The notes below the pieces were generated by a model, which was given only the letters and a program-made list of their open reading frames with translations, did not search any database and had not been told where the DNA came from. From positions 10,877-74,876 of IMG/VR virus record IMGVR_UViG_3300033407_000006: a DNA stretch of 64,000 nucleotides; one strand, given 5' to 3'. This document shows positions 18,066 through 26,645 of the stretch, piece after piece. The first letter of the stretch is position 1. The number at the start of each line of letters is the position of its first letter. Made by a program: the position numbers and the translations under genes. This DNA is from a virus. Its lineage: Duplodnaviria; Caudoviricetes.

Positions 18066-18296
18066 TCACAAGCTATCAGAACCTTTGCCACTTTCTTCCC
18101 CTCCCAATACGTCGAAAATGCTCAACTGATTCAGGCCGTCGTTTATGCCGCCGCCGATCTTGGCCCTGCCGACACTCCCGCGCCGCCTCTTGGCGAACTC
18201 TCCGTGGGCCTTGAGCCAGCAGGTGCGGCCATAGCCCCGCTTGATGCTCTCGGCGTCCTTCAGCTCCCGGTGACAGAGATGACAACGCGGCTTCAT
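18066..18296 (-). CDS. DUF6011-like Zn-finger protein
   Basis: CHLCHRELKDAESIKRGYGRTC. Confidence 0.7.
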   Translation of the reverse strand: MKPRCHLCHRELKDAESIKRGYGRTCWLKAHGEFAKRRRGSVGRAKIGGGINDGLNQLSIFDVLGGEESGKGSDSL

Positions 18297-18577
18297 CCCG
18301 GATACCTCCGGAGTTGCCCGTCGTCCGCTTCAGCTTTGGCGATCCGGCGGCTCAGGTAGGCATCTAAAGGAAGAGTCAAAGGAAGCAAGAGCAGATACAG
18401 CAACCAGAGAGCCGCCCGAGTAAAGCCGAGCCCGGCGCAGGACAGGCCGGCGACGACATCGCCCGCGCCCGCCAGCGCATCCTTGCCGCCGCTGAAGAAC
18501 CAGATCCGCAGGCATTTACGGGCATGCCACCGCAGGGGCTTGGCCGCGAGTTGTTTTGTGGTGAGATACTGCGCCAT
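18293..18577 (-). CDS. Small membrane protein
   Basis: Hydrophobic segment, GGAG RBS. Confidence 0.55.
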   Translation of the reverse strand: MAQYLTTKQLAAKPLRWHARKCLRIWFFSGGKDALAGAGDVVAGLSCAGLGFTRAALWLLYLLLLPLTLPLDAYLSRRIAKAEADDGQLRRYPG

Positions 18578-18586
18578 GGCTCCCTC

Positions 18587-19273
18587 TCAGTGGAAAAGTT
18601 GACCCTGTTTCAATTCGTCTTCGATCCGCTTGCATGCCAAATCGAACGCCACCCGCCGGATCTCGCAGCCGATGAACTTTCGCCCGTTGGTCACGGCGGC
18701 AACGCCTGTTGTCGCCCGGCCCATGCAGGGGTCAAAAATGGTTTCCCCCACGTCGGTGAAGTCGTGAACGAAGTGGCTCAGGAGAGACAGCGGTTTCTCT
18801 GTCGGGTAGAGCGCTCCCCTGGCGACGGGTACGCTCCAGGTTCCCGCCTTGCCGCCACCGTTCCACCGCTTGCGGCCTTCCCGATGCAGGATTGCCACGG
18901 CCTCGAAACCTTGGCCCGGCCTGTCGCCGGAAATTTGCGGCGTCGGATTCGGCTTGACCCAGATCCCGTGCCGGACAAACTCGGGCCAATCGTACAGCAG
19001 CGGGATATGTTGGAAGTCGCAGGTGGAAACCACCCACCGCAGAGACACCCGCAGGAACTCCGCAAAGAACGTGGCGAATTCTTCGCCGCTGATGGAGCTA
19101 AAATCGATGAATTCCTCGGCCCCGGCCTTATTGGTCTTGGCGTTACTGTGCGTCCTGTTGTGGTACGGCACGTCGGTGATGATGTGATCAACGCTACCCT
19201 CTTCCCATGACGCCATCAGCTCCCGCGAGTCTCCCAGGTACAGCGTTGCGTCTCCGATAATTTCCTTTTCCAT
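18587..19273 (-). CDS. DNA N4-C/N6-A methyltransferase (variant motifs)
   Basis: LYLGDS, TDVPY (motif IV), YPTEKP, FDPCMGRATTG (motif I), FIGCE. Confidence 0.85.
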   Translation of the reverse strand: MEKEIIGDATLYLGDSRELMASWEEGSVDHIITDVPYHNRTHSNAKTNKAGAEEFIDFSSISGEEFATFFAEFLRVSLRWVVSTCDFQHIPLLYDWPEFVRHGIWVKPNPTPQISGDRPGQGFEAVAILHREGRKRWNGGGKAGTWSVPVARGALYPTEKPLSLLSHFVHDFTDVGETIFDPCMGRATTGVAAVTNGRKFIGCEIRRVAFDLACKRIEDELKQGQLFH

Positions 19274-19295
19274 GTTCCCTCCTGTCGGTCCAAAC

Positions 19296-19327
19296 ACCTT
19301 AACATTGTGAATTTATCAACCCACTCA
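19296..19327 (-). promoter_or_regulatory. Repeated promoter/operator element, copy 3
   Basis: TGAGTGGGTTGATAAATTC-ACAATGT-TAAGGT. Confidence 0.65.
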
Positions 19328-19361
19328 CTAAACGATGTCAGGAGAGAAAAAACAAAAAAAA

Positions 19362-19727
19362 TCAGGCCCGATACCATTTGCCATCCCGCCAATGAAAAGG
19401 GGCCGGGGCCGTGCCGCCGCGCTTGGCCTTGTCCACCCAGCGGCGATGCACGGCGCTACAGGTTTTGCACATGCGATATCTGGAGTTCCCGTCGAAGAAA
19501 TCCCCGTCGCAGCCGACAACGGTGCAGGGCGTCATCTGCATGCGGCTGATGGAGCCGAAAGTGACTTCCCGCGTCATCTTGCTGGAGACCTCCTGCTCCA
19601 CGCGCCAGCTACAGAGGCGGCAGCGCACGACTCGCACCAGAATCATCGCTTCGGTCAGGTAATCGTCTTCCACCACAAGGTTTGACCCTGGGGCCCGGCA
19701 TTTACCGCAAGCGCAATCACCGGCCAT
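19362..19727 (-). CDS. Multi-Zn-finger hypothetical protein
   Basis: CGKC, CRLC, CTVVGC, CKTC. Confidence 0.6.
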   Translation of the reverse strand: MAGDCACGKCRAPGSNLVVEDDYLTEAMILVRVVRCRLCSWRVEQEVSSKMTREVTFGSISRMQMTPCTVVGCDGDFFDGNSRYRMCKTCSAVHRRWVDKAKRGGTAPAPFHWRDGKWYRA

Positions 19728-20637
19728 CGCCTTCCTCCCATTGCTCAGAGTCTTTGAGGCGGGCCTTGCTCTCTTCGATTTCGGCCCGGCGCTGGGGTAC
19801 AAACTGCTCCCGCTGCTCTTCGCGGGCCTTTCGCATCTCGGCAGCCCGGCGCTCCAGCTCTTCCGTTGAAGGCGGCTTGGCGAACCTGTCTTCGAGGCCT
19901 TCTTCCTTCATGATCGCCAGTTCCAGCACCTTGGGCAGGGGCAGCCCCAGGCAAGCGAACTCGAAGCCGCCTTCCTTGGCCGTGATCTCCCCGCTCTGAA
20001 CCCGTCGCAGGATCTTGGCCTGGGCATCGGTGACGCGCTGGTGCGCCTCGCTGAAGAGCTTCTGATACCGACCCATCATCTCGCGGGCCTTCTGAACGTC
20101 GTGGGCCTTCACCTTGACTTTGCGGACCCGGCCCAGGACGGGATTGCCTTCGGCGTCGGTGTCGATTTCCTCCAACACCTCTTCCACGTCGATTTCCCGG
20201 ATCTGGGCAAGCTGGTCCGGGGTCGCCTTCTTCAGGTTGAGGATCGGCATGCCGCGCTCGTCCACGTCGAAGAAATCGAACATGCTGGCCCGCGCCGTAT
20301 TGGAAATCAGGCGCAAATTCTCATCAATGGTAAGAATCGCCTCTTTTTCCCGCCCGGCTATCAGTTCTTTCATGAGTTCTGCAACTTGAACCTTTTTAAA
20401 CAAGGCGCTGGCCTTGGTCCCGGCAGAGCTTTTGGAGTAGTTGGTGTAGATTTTCAGATAAGCGTTGGTCATGGAAAGCGTCGGATCTTTGACGCGCTCC
20501 ATGACGACAAGCCAATCCTTATGGGTAAGGCCGTAGCTGTTGCGTTTTACTGTAGGCTCTCGTTTTTTCTGGGTTTTTTTCTTCGCGGCAGGTTTTTTAG
20601 GCGCTGGTTTCGTGGCCCGTGCTTTCTTTTCAGTCAC
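19717..20637 (-). CDS. terS: Terminase small subunit (PacA-like)
   Basis: Basic N-terminus, SMTNAYLKIY...AGTKASALFKK, KVKVKAHDVQKAREMMGRY, P1 PacA-like C-terminal GLPLP. Confidence 0.75.
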   Translation of the reverse strand: MTEKKARATKPAPKKPAAKKKTQKKREPTVKRNSYGLTHKDWLVVMERVKDPTLSMTNAYLKIYTNYSKSSAGTKASALFKKVQVAELMKELIAGREKEAILTIDENLRLISNTARASMFDFFDVDERGMPILNLKKATPDQLAQIREIDVEEVLEEIDTDAEGNPVLGRVRKVKVKAHDVQKAREMMGRYQKLFSEAHQRVTDAQAKILRRVQSGEITAKEGGFEFACLGLPLPKVLELAIMKEEGLEDRFAKPPSTEELERRAAEMRKAREEQREQFVPQRRAEIEESKARLKDSEQWEEGDGR

Positions 20638-20830
20638 GGGCCCCTCCATCCACAAAGTCGAACCAGTTTTCTTTCCAGCGGTCCAGGTCCGTGACGCGCC
20701 CGCACCAGTGCCCTCCGATTTTGACGATGGGGATGTCGAGCCGCGCCTTCCACTTCTTGACCCAAGTGGGGGATCTGCCGATATGGTCGGCGATTGCCAC
20801 CATTCCCCAGATTTTGCCGTCGCGTGTCAT
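20630..20830 (-). CDS. Excisionase-like/HTH DNA-binding protein
   Basis: IWGMVAIADHIGRSPTWV...IPIVKIGG. Confidence 0.6.
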   Translation of the reverse strand: MTRDGKIWGMVAIADHIGRSPTWVKKWKARLDIPIVKIGGHWCGRVTDLDRWKENWFDFVDGGARD

Positions 20831-20874
20831 GCCTTCCTCCTTTTAAAGCCTTATTGCTGAATAACAATGAAAAA

Positions 20875-21072
20875 TCAAGCACTTTTCCAGATTGAAATAA
20901 CGCGGCGGTGCGCCAGCTTCCGTGTTGCTTTGCGGTATCCAATGCGGCGGATGATGCCCATGTGAGAGGCGGCAATGAACAGGCCGCCCCATGCGTTCGG
21001 GTGCGGCGGGTCGCCAACATTTCCTGCAATTTGCCATGAGCTACCCCCCTTTAGTCCGCGTTTTCGTACCAC
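20875..21072 (-). pseudogene. Possible C-terminal remnant of a phage protein
   Basis: PPHPNAWGGLF...GY.KA.R..AH.R motif without an N-terminal domain. Confidence 0.35.
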
Positions 21073-22115
21073 ACTATGACGGGCAGCATCGGACTCGGTG
21101 CCGTGGTTCTGTATTCCAGAAACCTCTTGAACTTCTCGCGGAAGAGGTTGAGGCCGGTCTCGATAAGCGCCAGCTTCTCGGTGCAGACCGCCAGCCGCTC
21201 AAGCTCTTCGTCGTCAGCGGCCTTGTCGAGCACGACAGAAGGGGTCTTCATGCTCTTGATGTCGAAAGTTTCTGCGTCCAGGTTGAAGGACCAGACATCT
21301 TCCCCTTTTTCCATGACGATGTGCGCTTCGACAATCGACTTGCCCGCCAGGAGGGCAGACTTTATTTCGGTGAAGCTGAACTCGGGTCCACTCACGGCGA
21401 CCTTGCCGCCGTCGTCTTTGAGGACCACCTTTTCGCAGATGTACGCAGAGCCGTCGTTGTCGGTGTCCGTCTTCCATGCCAGCCACTTCAGGAACTCTGC
21501 TCCGAGGTTCGAGTTTTGAGAGACGCGCAGCAGGTAATCATCGTCCTTGCTCCCCTCGTCCAGCCCGGCGGCTTTCTCGCCGAGCAGCTCGTAGGCGATA
21601 TCAATCGGCGCGATGGGAACGAATCTCAGGCCGGGCGCGGTCAATCGAAAGAGATCCGTCACCGTGTCGCACTCCCTGGCGGACGAGGTGAAAATCATGG
21701 CTGAAGTGCTGGAGATACAGAACTGCGTGACCTTCGCAATGGGGTAGGTTTTCGGCAGCAGTTCGGCGATCACCGCTTCGAGCATCGCCTCCTTCTTCCC
21801 CTTGGGAACACGCTTGAGGCCGGGGTGTTCTGCCAGGAAGGCCGCGCTTGCAGCCGCAAGGTGCCGCTTGACGACCGACGGGGGGATTTTCCGCCGGTCC
21901 TGGCGCATGGCGAACAGCCTGTTGTCTTCGTGGGTCAACCTGCTGAGTTCCGTGAAGCGCTCAGGGTCGAGCGGATCGACGAACCCGACGGATTCGGCTC
22001 TTGCCACCTCATCGATGGGCTGGAATGCCAGTTGGGTGATGTTCTTGCCCTCCTGGGCATCTTCGGCGACGACGCGGTATTGCTTGATTGCAGTTTTGCT
22101 TTTGAACAGGCTCAT
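21051..22115 (-). CDS. rdgC: Recombination-associated protein RdgC (P1 HrdC-like)
   Basis: AFQP.....SVGFVDP...FAMRQDRRKIPPSVVK, LGAEFLKWL. Confidence 0.8.
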   Translation of the reverse strand: MSLFKSKTAIKQYRVVAEDAQEGKNITQLAFQPIDEVARAESVGFVDPLDPERFTELSRLTHEDNRLFAMRQDRRKIPPSVVKRHLAAASAAFLAEHPGLKRVPKGKKEAMLEAVIAELLPKTYPIAKVTQFCISSTSAMIFTSSARECDTVTDLFRLTAPGLRFVPIAPIDIAYELLGEKAAGLDEGSKDDDYLLRVSQNSNLGAEFLKWLAWKTDTDNDGSAYICEKVVLKDDGGKVAVSGPEFSFTEIKSALLAGKSIVEAHIVMEKGEDVWSFNLDAETFDIKSMKTPSVVLDKAADDEELERLAVCTEKLALIETGLNLFREKFKRFLEYRTTAPSPMLPVIVWYENAD

Positions 22116-22127
22116 TTCTTCCCTCCG

Positions 22128-22463
22128 CTACACGGTTTTGATGATGACAGGGTACAGGTCTTCTACCTGGGCCCGCTTGAGTTTGAAGGTTTCGGTCTCA
22201 AATCCCTTGGTATCCACGAAATGAACGGTGCCATCCGCGTGAAACTCTTGGAAATCGATGACGTACCGGATATTCCCCGGTAGATGAAAAGGCACTTGCC
22301 GCAGGAAGAAAAGAACCTCCCCGGCCTTCTGTCTTAGCTTCAGCTCGCTGTAGTACCGCGCCTCTTTCTTGGAATCGAAGCGGATGCCGTCAACGACAAC
22401 GGCCTGTGCGGCGTACTTGCTTTTCTTCTGGCCCGTGAATTTGTGCCGGACGATTCTGGTCAC
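22128..22463 (-). CDS. DUF1064 family PD-(D/E)XK nuclease-like protein
   Basis: SKYAAQAVVVDGIRFDSKKEA...YVIDF...VDTKG. Confidence 0.85.
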   Translation of the reverse strand: MTRIVRHKFTGQKKSKYAAQAVVVDGIRFDSKKEARYYSELKLRQKAGEVLFFLRQVPFHLPGNIRYVIDFQEFHADGTVHFVDTKGFETETFKLKRAQVEDLYPVIIKTV

Positions 22464-22475
22464 TTGAGCTGCCTT

Positions 22476-22859
22476 TCAGTGGATTGTCTTCGATTGTGGC
22501 ACATTGAATTTGTCATCCCATTCACTAAAATCGTGGTCCCTCGACAAATCTGCGCCGCGATTGATGCCGAAGTGCTCCGACGAATGGTATTTGCCGCGCC
22601 CGAGGAAAAAGCCGTTGAGCCCCTGGGTCTGGAGCTTGCGGAAAAACGTGGGGTAGGGCACGTCCATCAACTCCGCAGCCTTGCGGCGGGAATAGCCCTG
22701 TTGGGCGAGTTCCTGAACGGCGTCTTTATCCAGCAGCCGGGAAGCCTCCAAGCACTCGCGGGAACAATAGCGCTGGTGCATCCGGCTTTCGGTGACGTGG
22801 AATTTCTGCCTGCATCGCTCGTTCTCGCACTCAACGGCGTACCTTGTGTGTCTACGCAT
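22476..22859 (-). CDS. Zn-finger/HTH protein
   Basis: CENERC...YCSREC, YSRRKAAELMDV. Confidence 0.6.
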   Translation of the reverse strand: MRRHTRYAVECENERCRQKFHVTESRMHQRYCSRECLEASRLLDKDAVQELAQQGYSRRKAAELMDVPYPTFFRKLQTQGLNGFFLGRGKYHSSEHFGINRGADLSRDHDFSEWDDKFNVPQSKTIH

Positions 22860-23136
22860 CTCCCTGCCCCCTTCTGGTTTTCATGGACGCTGCCGCGCCG
22901 CGCCGGGCGTAGGTTCTCAGGGACGTTGCCCATTTGCGGCCCGCTGGCTTCGATGACTTCTTCGCCAGCTTGTCCATGCTCTGCGCCTGGGTGCATCCGG
23001 CGCACAGCTCTCCGTTGTCTCCGTTGCGGTACTGCTCGCAGGCGAAGGGGGCGATCCTGGCGTTGTGCAGATCGCACTTGACCGCGTTTTTCTCCAACCA
23101 TTCCTCCTGGTGCGTCTTGTCCATGGTTCCCTCCAT
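22852..23136 (-). CDS. Cys-rich hypothetical protein
   Basis: KC...AC...CAGC. Confidence 0.55.
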   Translation of the reverse strand: MEGTMDKTHQEEWLEKNAVKCDLHNARIAPFACEQYRNGDNGELCAGCTQAQSMDKLAKKSSKPAGRKWATSLRTYARRGAAASMKTRRGQGDA

Positions 23137-23259
23137 GTCAAAGTTTTGAAATTTCAGTTTTAAGGCCGATATTTTTTTCGGGCCCTTGCCTTGGTATGTC
23201 TTCCTCGGCCTTTTGCGGCCCTAGGGGTCATTCTGTGCCGACTGCGTTGATTTACGGTC

Positions 23260-24063
23260 TTACTCTGTGAGGGCTGAAGATAATTTTTTTTGCAAATCGG
23301 ACTTGAGCTTCTCTTTCCGGTCTCGGATTTGAGCTATTTCCTGCCTAAGCTCTTCGTCCTTCATCCGCCGCTGCTGTTCATCACGAATTCTGCCCTTCTC
23401 TTCCAGGTCTTCGCGCAGCTTGCGAAGTTTCGCCAGAAAGACCGGCTTCAGGTTTTCAGTGGGTTGTTCAGCCCCGGCCACCATGGAAATGAGAGCCCGG
23501 CCTTCCGCAGTCGTATCCTGTTGCAGCAGGTTGGAGACAGCGGCCCTGGGCAAAATCCCTTGTTCAACCGCCTCCCGCGCCACGGCTGCGCGGTGTTCCG
23601 GGTCAAAGCCTTCGGAGAGATACCAGCGAGCCAGCCCGCCTCGTTCTTTTGCGCGAGCAACCGCCCGGTCGTATGCGTCCCGAAAGCAAACCCTCGCCCC
23701 AACCTCATCCCCGCTCTGAAAAATCGCCCGGCATGCGCTCCAGGCTTCCAAAATCTCCGGGCAGATGACGGCACTCTTGCTCTCGTCCGACAAGCCGAGC
23801 GCCTTTGCCCAGGCCTCGTTGCCGGACAAAAAGCCGTCAGGGTTTTCGGCTTCAATCGCTTCGATGAAATCGGCGGGGAGGGGGAAAGTCCGAAACTTGT
23901 GAGTTCGGCTCACCCTCTCTATCGCCCGAAAAACTTTGTCCTTGCCGTAGGGGGCCAGAATGTCCTCATAGGCCCGGATTTTGGTTGCAGAGACATCAAC
24001 GCTGATTAACTCCGACAAGGCAAAGAGTCTGCACCCTATCGCCTTCCTGGTTTCCTCGTTCAT
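23260..24063 (-). CDS. Replication helicase loader/accessory protein (lambda P-position)
   Basis: Follows the initiator, FPLPADF, EAWAKAL, ARVCFRDAYDR. Confidence 0.6.
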   Translation of the reverse strand: MNEETRKAIGCRLFALSELISVDVSATKIRAYEDILAPYGKDKVFRAIERVSRTHKFRTFPLPADFIEAIEAENPDGFLSGNEAWAKALGLSDESKSAVICPEILEAWSACRAIFQSGDEVGARVCFRDAYDRAVARAKERGGLARWYLSEGFDPEHRAAVAREAVEQGILPRAAVSNLLQQDTTAEGRALISMVAGAEQPTENLKPVFLAKLRKLREDLEEKGRIRDEQQRRMKDEELRQEIAQIRDRKEKLKSDLQKKLSSALTE

Positions 24064-24998
24064 CGGCCCTCCATGTATCGCCGGAACTCTTCCCGGTTCC
24101 GATCCGTCGTTGTGGCGGCGCGGCCTGCGTTGTTTTTAGCGCCACCACGGTCCTGCTCCCTTGAAAGCCAATTGACAAGGAACGCCTTGATCCCGCTTTT
24201 GGTTTTCCGACGCTTGGGGTTCGCGTCCGACCATGCCGCTGCCTTGCGAAGCTCCTGCAACACATCGACCGCCGGGAAAAGCTGCGTCCACTGGTCAATG
24301 TCCGACTGCGGGACGTGGTGCGCCTCGCCCCCTACCAGTGGGATCTGAATCACTGATCCGCCCTCGGGGGGCAAGACTTCGATGGTCGGCTCTGAGTTTT
24401 GCTCAGAGCAAGAATCTTCGTAAGAAGATTCCTCTCCTTTTGTTTTTAAAGGAGAAGGAGAAGGAGAAGGAGAAGGAGAAGGGGTTCGGTCGAACGTCCG
24501 AACGCTGCGTTCGGGGTTGTTCGATTTTCGTTGCGTAACATCTTGATTTTTACGGCTTTCTGTTTTTGCTTCGTTCGGGCTGTTTTTGGTGGTCGTTCGG
24601 GAGCCGTTCGGGAGAGGTTGCGCGGTCCCTTTTTGTGCCTTTCGAGCCGCCGCACTTGCCTTCCCGGCCTTCCTTGCAGCCGCCTTTCTTTGCTCACCGT
24701 TTACCGCCCAAGGCTGGTGTTCTTCCCAATCTTTCGGGGCGTACCCGTTGGGTGTTTCGATCAGGAACTTTGCTTCGAGCATGCCCCTTACGAACACGCC
24801 GGGCTCCCCTTCCCAGCCAGCAACGTCTTCAATGTCTTCGTTCGACCACCCGTTCAACACTCCGTTCGGGCGTTGTTCGGCAACTGTGGTCCAGAAGCAG
24901 ATCAGGTTTTCCATGGCGGTGGGGCCCACCATGCGTCGCAATCGCTTGAATTTCCTATGTCTCGGCAATTTCACGTCTATGCGAATGTCAGTGTTCAT
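24060..24998 (-). CDS. Phage replication initiator
   Basis: HRKFKRL...LICFW N-terminal wHTH, PS linker, C-terminal FPAVDVLQELRK..AW..ANP.RRKT..G...F..NWL. Confidence 0.8.
   Translation of the reverse strand: MNTDIRIDVKLPRHRKFKRLRRMVGPTAMENLICFWTTVAEQRPNGVLNGWSNEDIEDVAGWEGEPGVFVRGMLEAKFLIETPNGYAPKDWEEHQPWAVNGEQRKAAARKAGKASAAARKAQKGTAQPLPNGSRTTTKNSPNEAKTESRKNQDVTQRKSNNPERSVRTFDRTPSPSPSPSPSPLKTKGEESSYEDSCSEQNSEPTIEVLPPEGGSVIQIPLVGGEAHHVPQSDIDQWTQLFPAVDVLQELRKAAAWSDANPKRRKTKSGIKAFLVNWLSREQDRGGAKNNAGRAATTTDRNREEFRRYMEGR
24450..24482. repeat. (AGGAGA)5 tandem repeat encoding a PSPSPS linker
   Basis: Direct inspection. Confidence 0.9.
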
Positions 24999-25020
24999 TG
25001 GCTCAACCTAGTGCCTGGAG

Positions 25021-25218
25021 TTATTTCAAATCTGCATACCCTGGAACCTTCTTTGCTTCTTCTTCAAGTTGGCGGATTTTCTTGCGGTGCGCTGTTTGCG
25101 GCTCATGGTTTTCATTCTCCCATGTCCGCCAGGTGTTGCGGTGAACTTTAACCCTGGAAGCGGCTTGCTCCTGCGTCAATTCCAGCGCTTCCCGGATAAG
25201 CTCAAATCGGTTTTTCAT
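25021..25218 (-). CDS. XRE-family HTH protein
   Basis: IREALELTQEQAASRVKVHRNTWRTWE. Confidence 0.8.
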   Translation of the reverse strand: MKNRFELIREALELTQEQAASRVKVHRNTWRTWENENHEPQTAHRKKIRQLEEEAKKVPGYADLK

Positions 25219-25314
25219 GGCTTGGCCTTTCTTTTATTGTTGTTCTTTTTCTTACACTGTAAGGCGCACGAATGCCAGCCGTCAATCCCTTTTTCGCAAA
25301 AACGCGAAAAGGTC

Positions 25315-25662
25315 TCAGCTCATGCCGTAGCCGCGCTGCTCAGAGCGCCTGCTTGCCTCTCTGGTGCGCAGCAACTCCGCTTCGAGGCTCACTCCCTCCA
25401 TGCGGACGCGCAGCGACTCATAGGCGATTGTGGCCCGCTCCAAGTCGTCCAGATAGACCATGTACCCGTCACTGGCGTAGGCCTCCCGCTCCTGTGCCGC
25501 CGCTGTCTTGTGGCCCTCCTTCCCGGCTTGCACCATTTCGAGCGCAAGCCGGGTTTTTTTCATCTCTTCGAGCTTCTTCATGCGGGCTTTGGCAACGGGG
25601 ATTTCGGCGGCGCAGCGGCGATACTCCGACATCAGCCTTTCAATTTTTATGTCAAGATCCAT
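25315..25662 (-). CDS. Coiled-coil hypothetical protein
   Basis: 115 aa, helical. Confidence 0.65.
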   Translation of the reverse strand: MDLDIKIERLMSEYRRCAAEIPVAKARMKKLEEMKKTRLALEMVQAGKEGHKTAAAQEREAYASDGYMVYLDDLERATIAYESLRVRMEGVSLEAELLRTREASRRSEQRGYGMS

Positions 25663-25665
25663 GCG

Positions 25666-25761
25666 TTACCGGCACGGGCTGTAGCCGCAATGGGGGTAGA
25701 TAGGGCACCCTCCTTGCGGGATCATTTTGTTGCCGCAGTCGGGGCAGGTTGTAGCCTTCAT
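25666..25761 (-). CDS. 31-aa Zn-ribbon miniprotein resembling the class II RNR C-terminal tail
   Basis: Manual translation MKATTCPDCGNKMIPQGGCPIYPHCGYSPCR, GGAGGAAG RBS. Confidence 0.45.
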   Translation of the reverse strand: MKATTCPDCGNKMIPQGGCPIYPHCGYSPCR

Positions 25762-25958
25762 TCGTCAACTTCCTCCTTCATAAATTCATGGTACGGGCTG
25801 CCATTGATGAGTCCGTGCATGGCGTCTTCCCTGGCACCTTCTGAGCGGTAGCGTCTGAAGACAATCCATTCGTCGCCGTAGAGGCGTTGCCCGTTTTTGT
25901 CCGGCTTGCTCCGGTACAGAATCGCATAGGGCTTTCGATGTTGAGGGCGGTAGGCCAT
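25758..25958 (-). CDS. Hypothetical protein
   Basis: 66 aa, AAGGAG RBS. Confidence 0.6.
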   Translation of the reverse strand: MAYRPQHRKPYAILYRSKPDKNGQRLYGDEWIVFRRYRSEGAREDAMHGLINGSPYHEFMKEEVDE

Positions 25959-26004
25959 AAGGCTCCTTCATTCTTGGTTTGGACCGGAATTAGACGGCCA
26001 GATC

Positions 26005-26024
26005 GGCGGGCTAAACTATGTTAT
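26005..26024 (+). repeat. Array head site GGCGGGCTAAACTATGTTAT (attI-like, copy 2)
   Basis: Identical to 10720-10739. Confidence 0.65.
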
Positions 26025-26257
26025 GCCTTAAAGCCGTACGATTTACGGCCCCTCCCAAAAGGTCCGGCATTTATCCTCTCCTCCCCTGCTCGCGCTGTCC
26101 ACTTCGCCTTCCAAATTTTCTTCCCAGGCTCGGTATCTTGTGTTCCCTCAATGACATCCCCACCCCAAGCTTTTTCGATAGCCTCGGCTTCGGTGGCTGC
26201 CTCAACGCAACACATTGTTTGGGTGCTTTCGTAGCCTTCCACGTAAAAAATAGGCAT
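26021..26257 (-). CDS. Cassette ORF, hypothetical
   Basis: ATG in R'' of B1, TAA in the head-site core. Confidence 0.65.
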   Translation of the reverse strand: MPIFYVEGYESTQTMCCVEAATEAEAIEKAWGGDVIEGTQDTEPGKKIWKAKWTARAGEERINAGPFGRGRKSYGFKA

Positions 26258-26311
26258 AACCAATCCTTTCAGCGGACTCGCTCCGCTCGCGGCTGAAGTC
26301 AGTTGTTAGGC
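26254..26311 (+). repeat. attC site B1 (58 bp)
   Basis: GCATAAC-N5-CTTTCAGC-GGACTCGCTCCGCTCGCG-GCTGAAG-N6-GTTAGGC. Confidence 0.88.
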
Positions 26312-26634
26312 AGCCCCAACAGTTGCCGAGCCGCCGCAATGTCGGCAGCGGTCACGCCGGTCGGCACGCTCTTGTACTCAAGGTCGCGCTTCAAGCCGTC
26401 CCATGCTTTGTGTAGCGCCATCACGCCTTCATGGTGTTCTTGGCTCAGGTAGCAGCAGCCAGGCGCCGAGAAACCCCCTCCGTCAGCCACCAGCGTTTCG
26501 AGATCAATCCGCTCGCGGTTGTCGAGTTGAGCCCACTTGCGGCCGACCTTCGTCACTGTCACTTCTCGTGGCAGCGCGTGCCGCTGGCTTTGCGGCACCC
26601 ACCAAAGTATTTGCCCTTCCGTCAGTTTTTCCAT
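26299..26634 (-). CDS. Cassette ORF, hypothetical (beta-barrel-like, VTVTKVGRKW)
   Basis: 111 aa between B1 and B2. Confidence 0.7.
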   Translation of the reverse strand: MEKLTEGQILWWVPQSQRHALPREVTVTKVGRKWAQLDNRERIDLETLVADGGGFSAPGCCYLSQEHHEGVMALHKAWDGLKRDLEYKSVPTGVTAADIAAARQLLGLPNN

Positions 26635-26645
26635 TCTCCGATCCC

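Noticed and set aside
24450-24482. Phase-variable microsatellite
   Set aside because: The 6-bp in-frame repeat encodes the PS linker common in phage initiators, and length change would not shift the frame.
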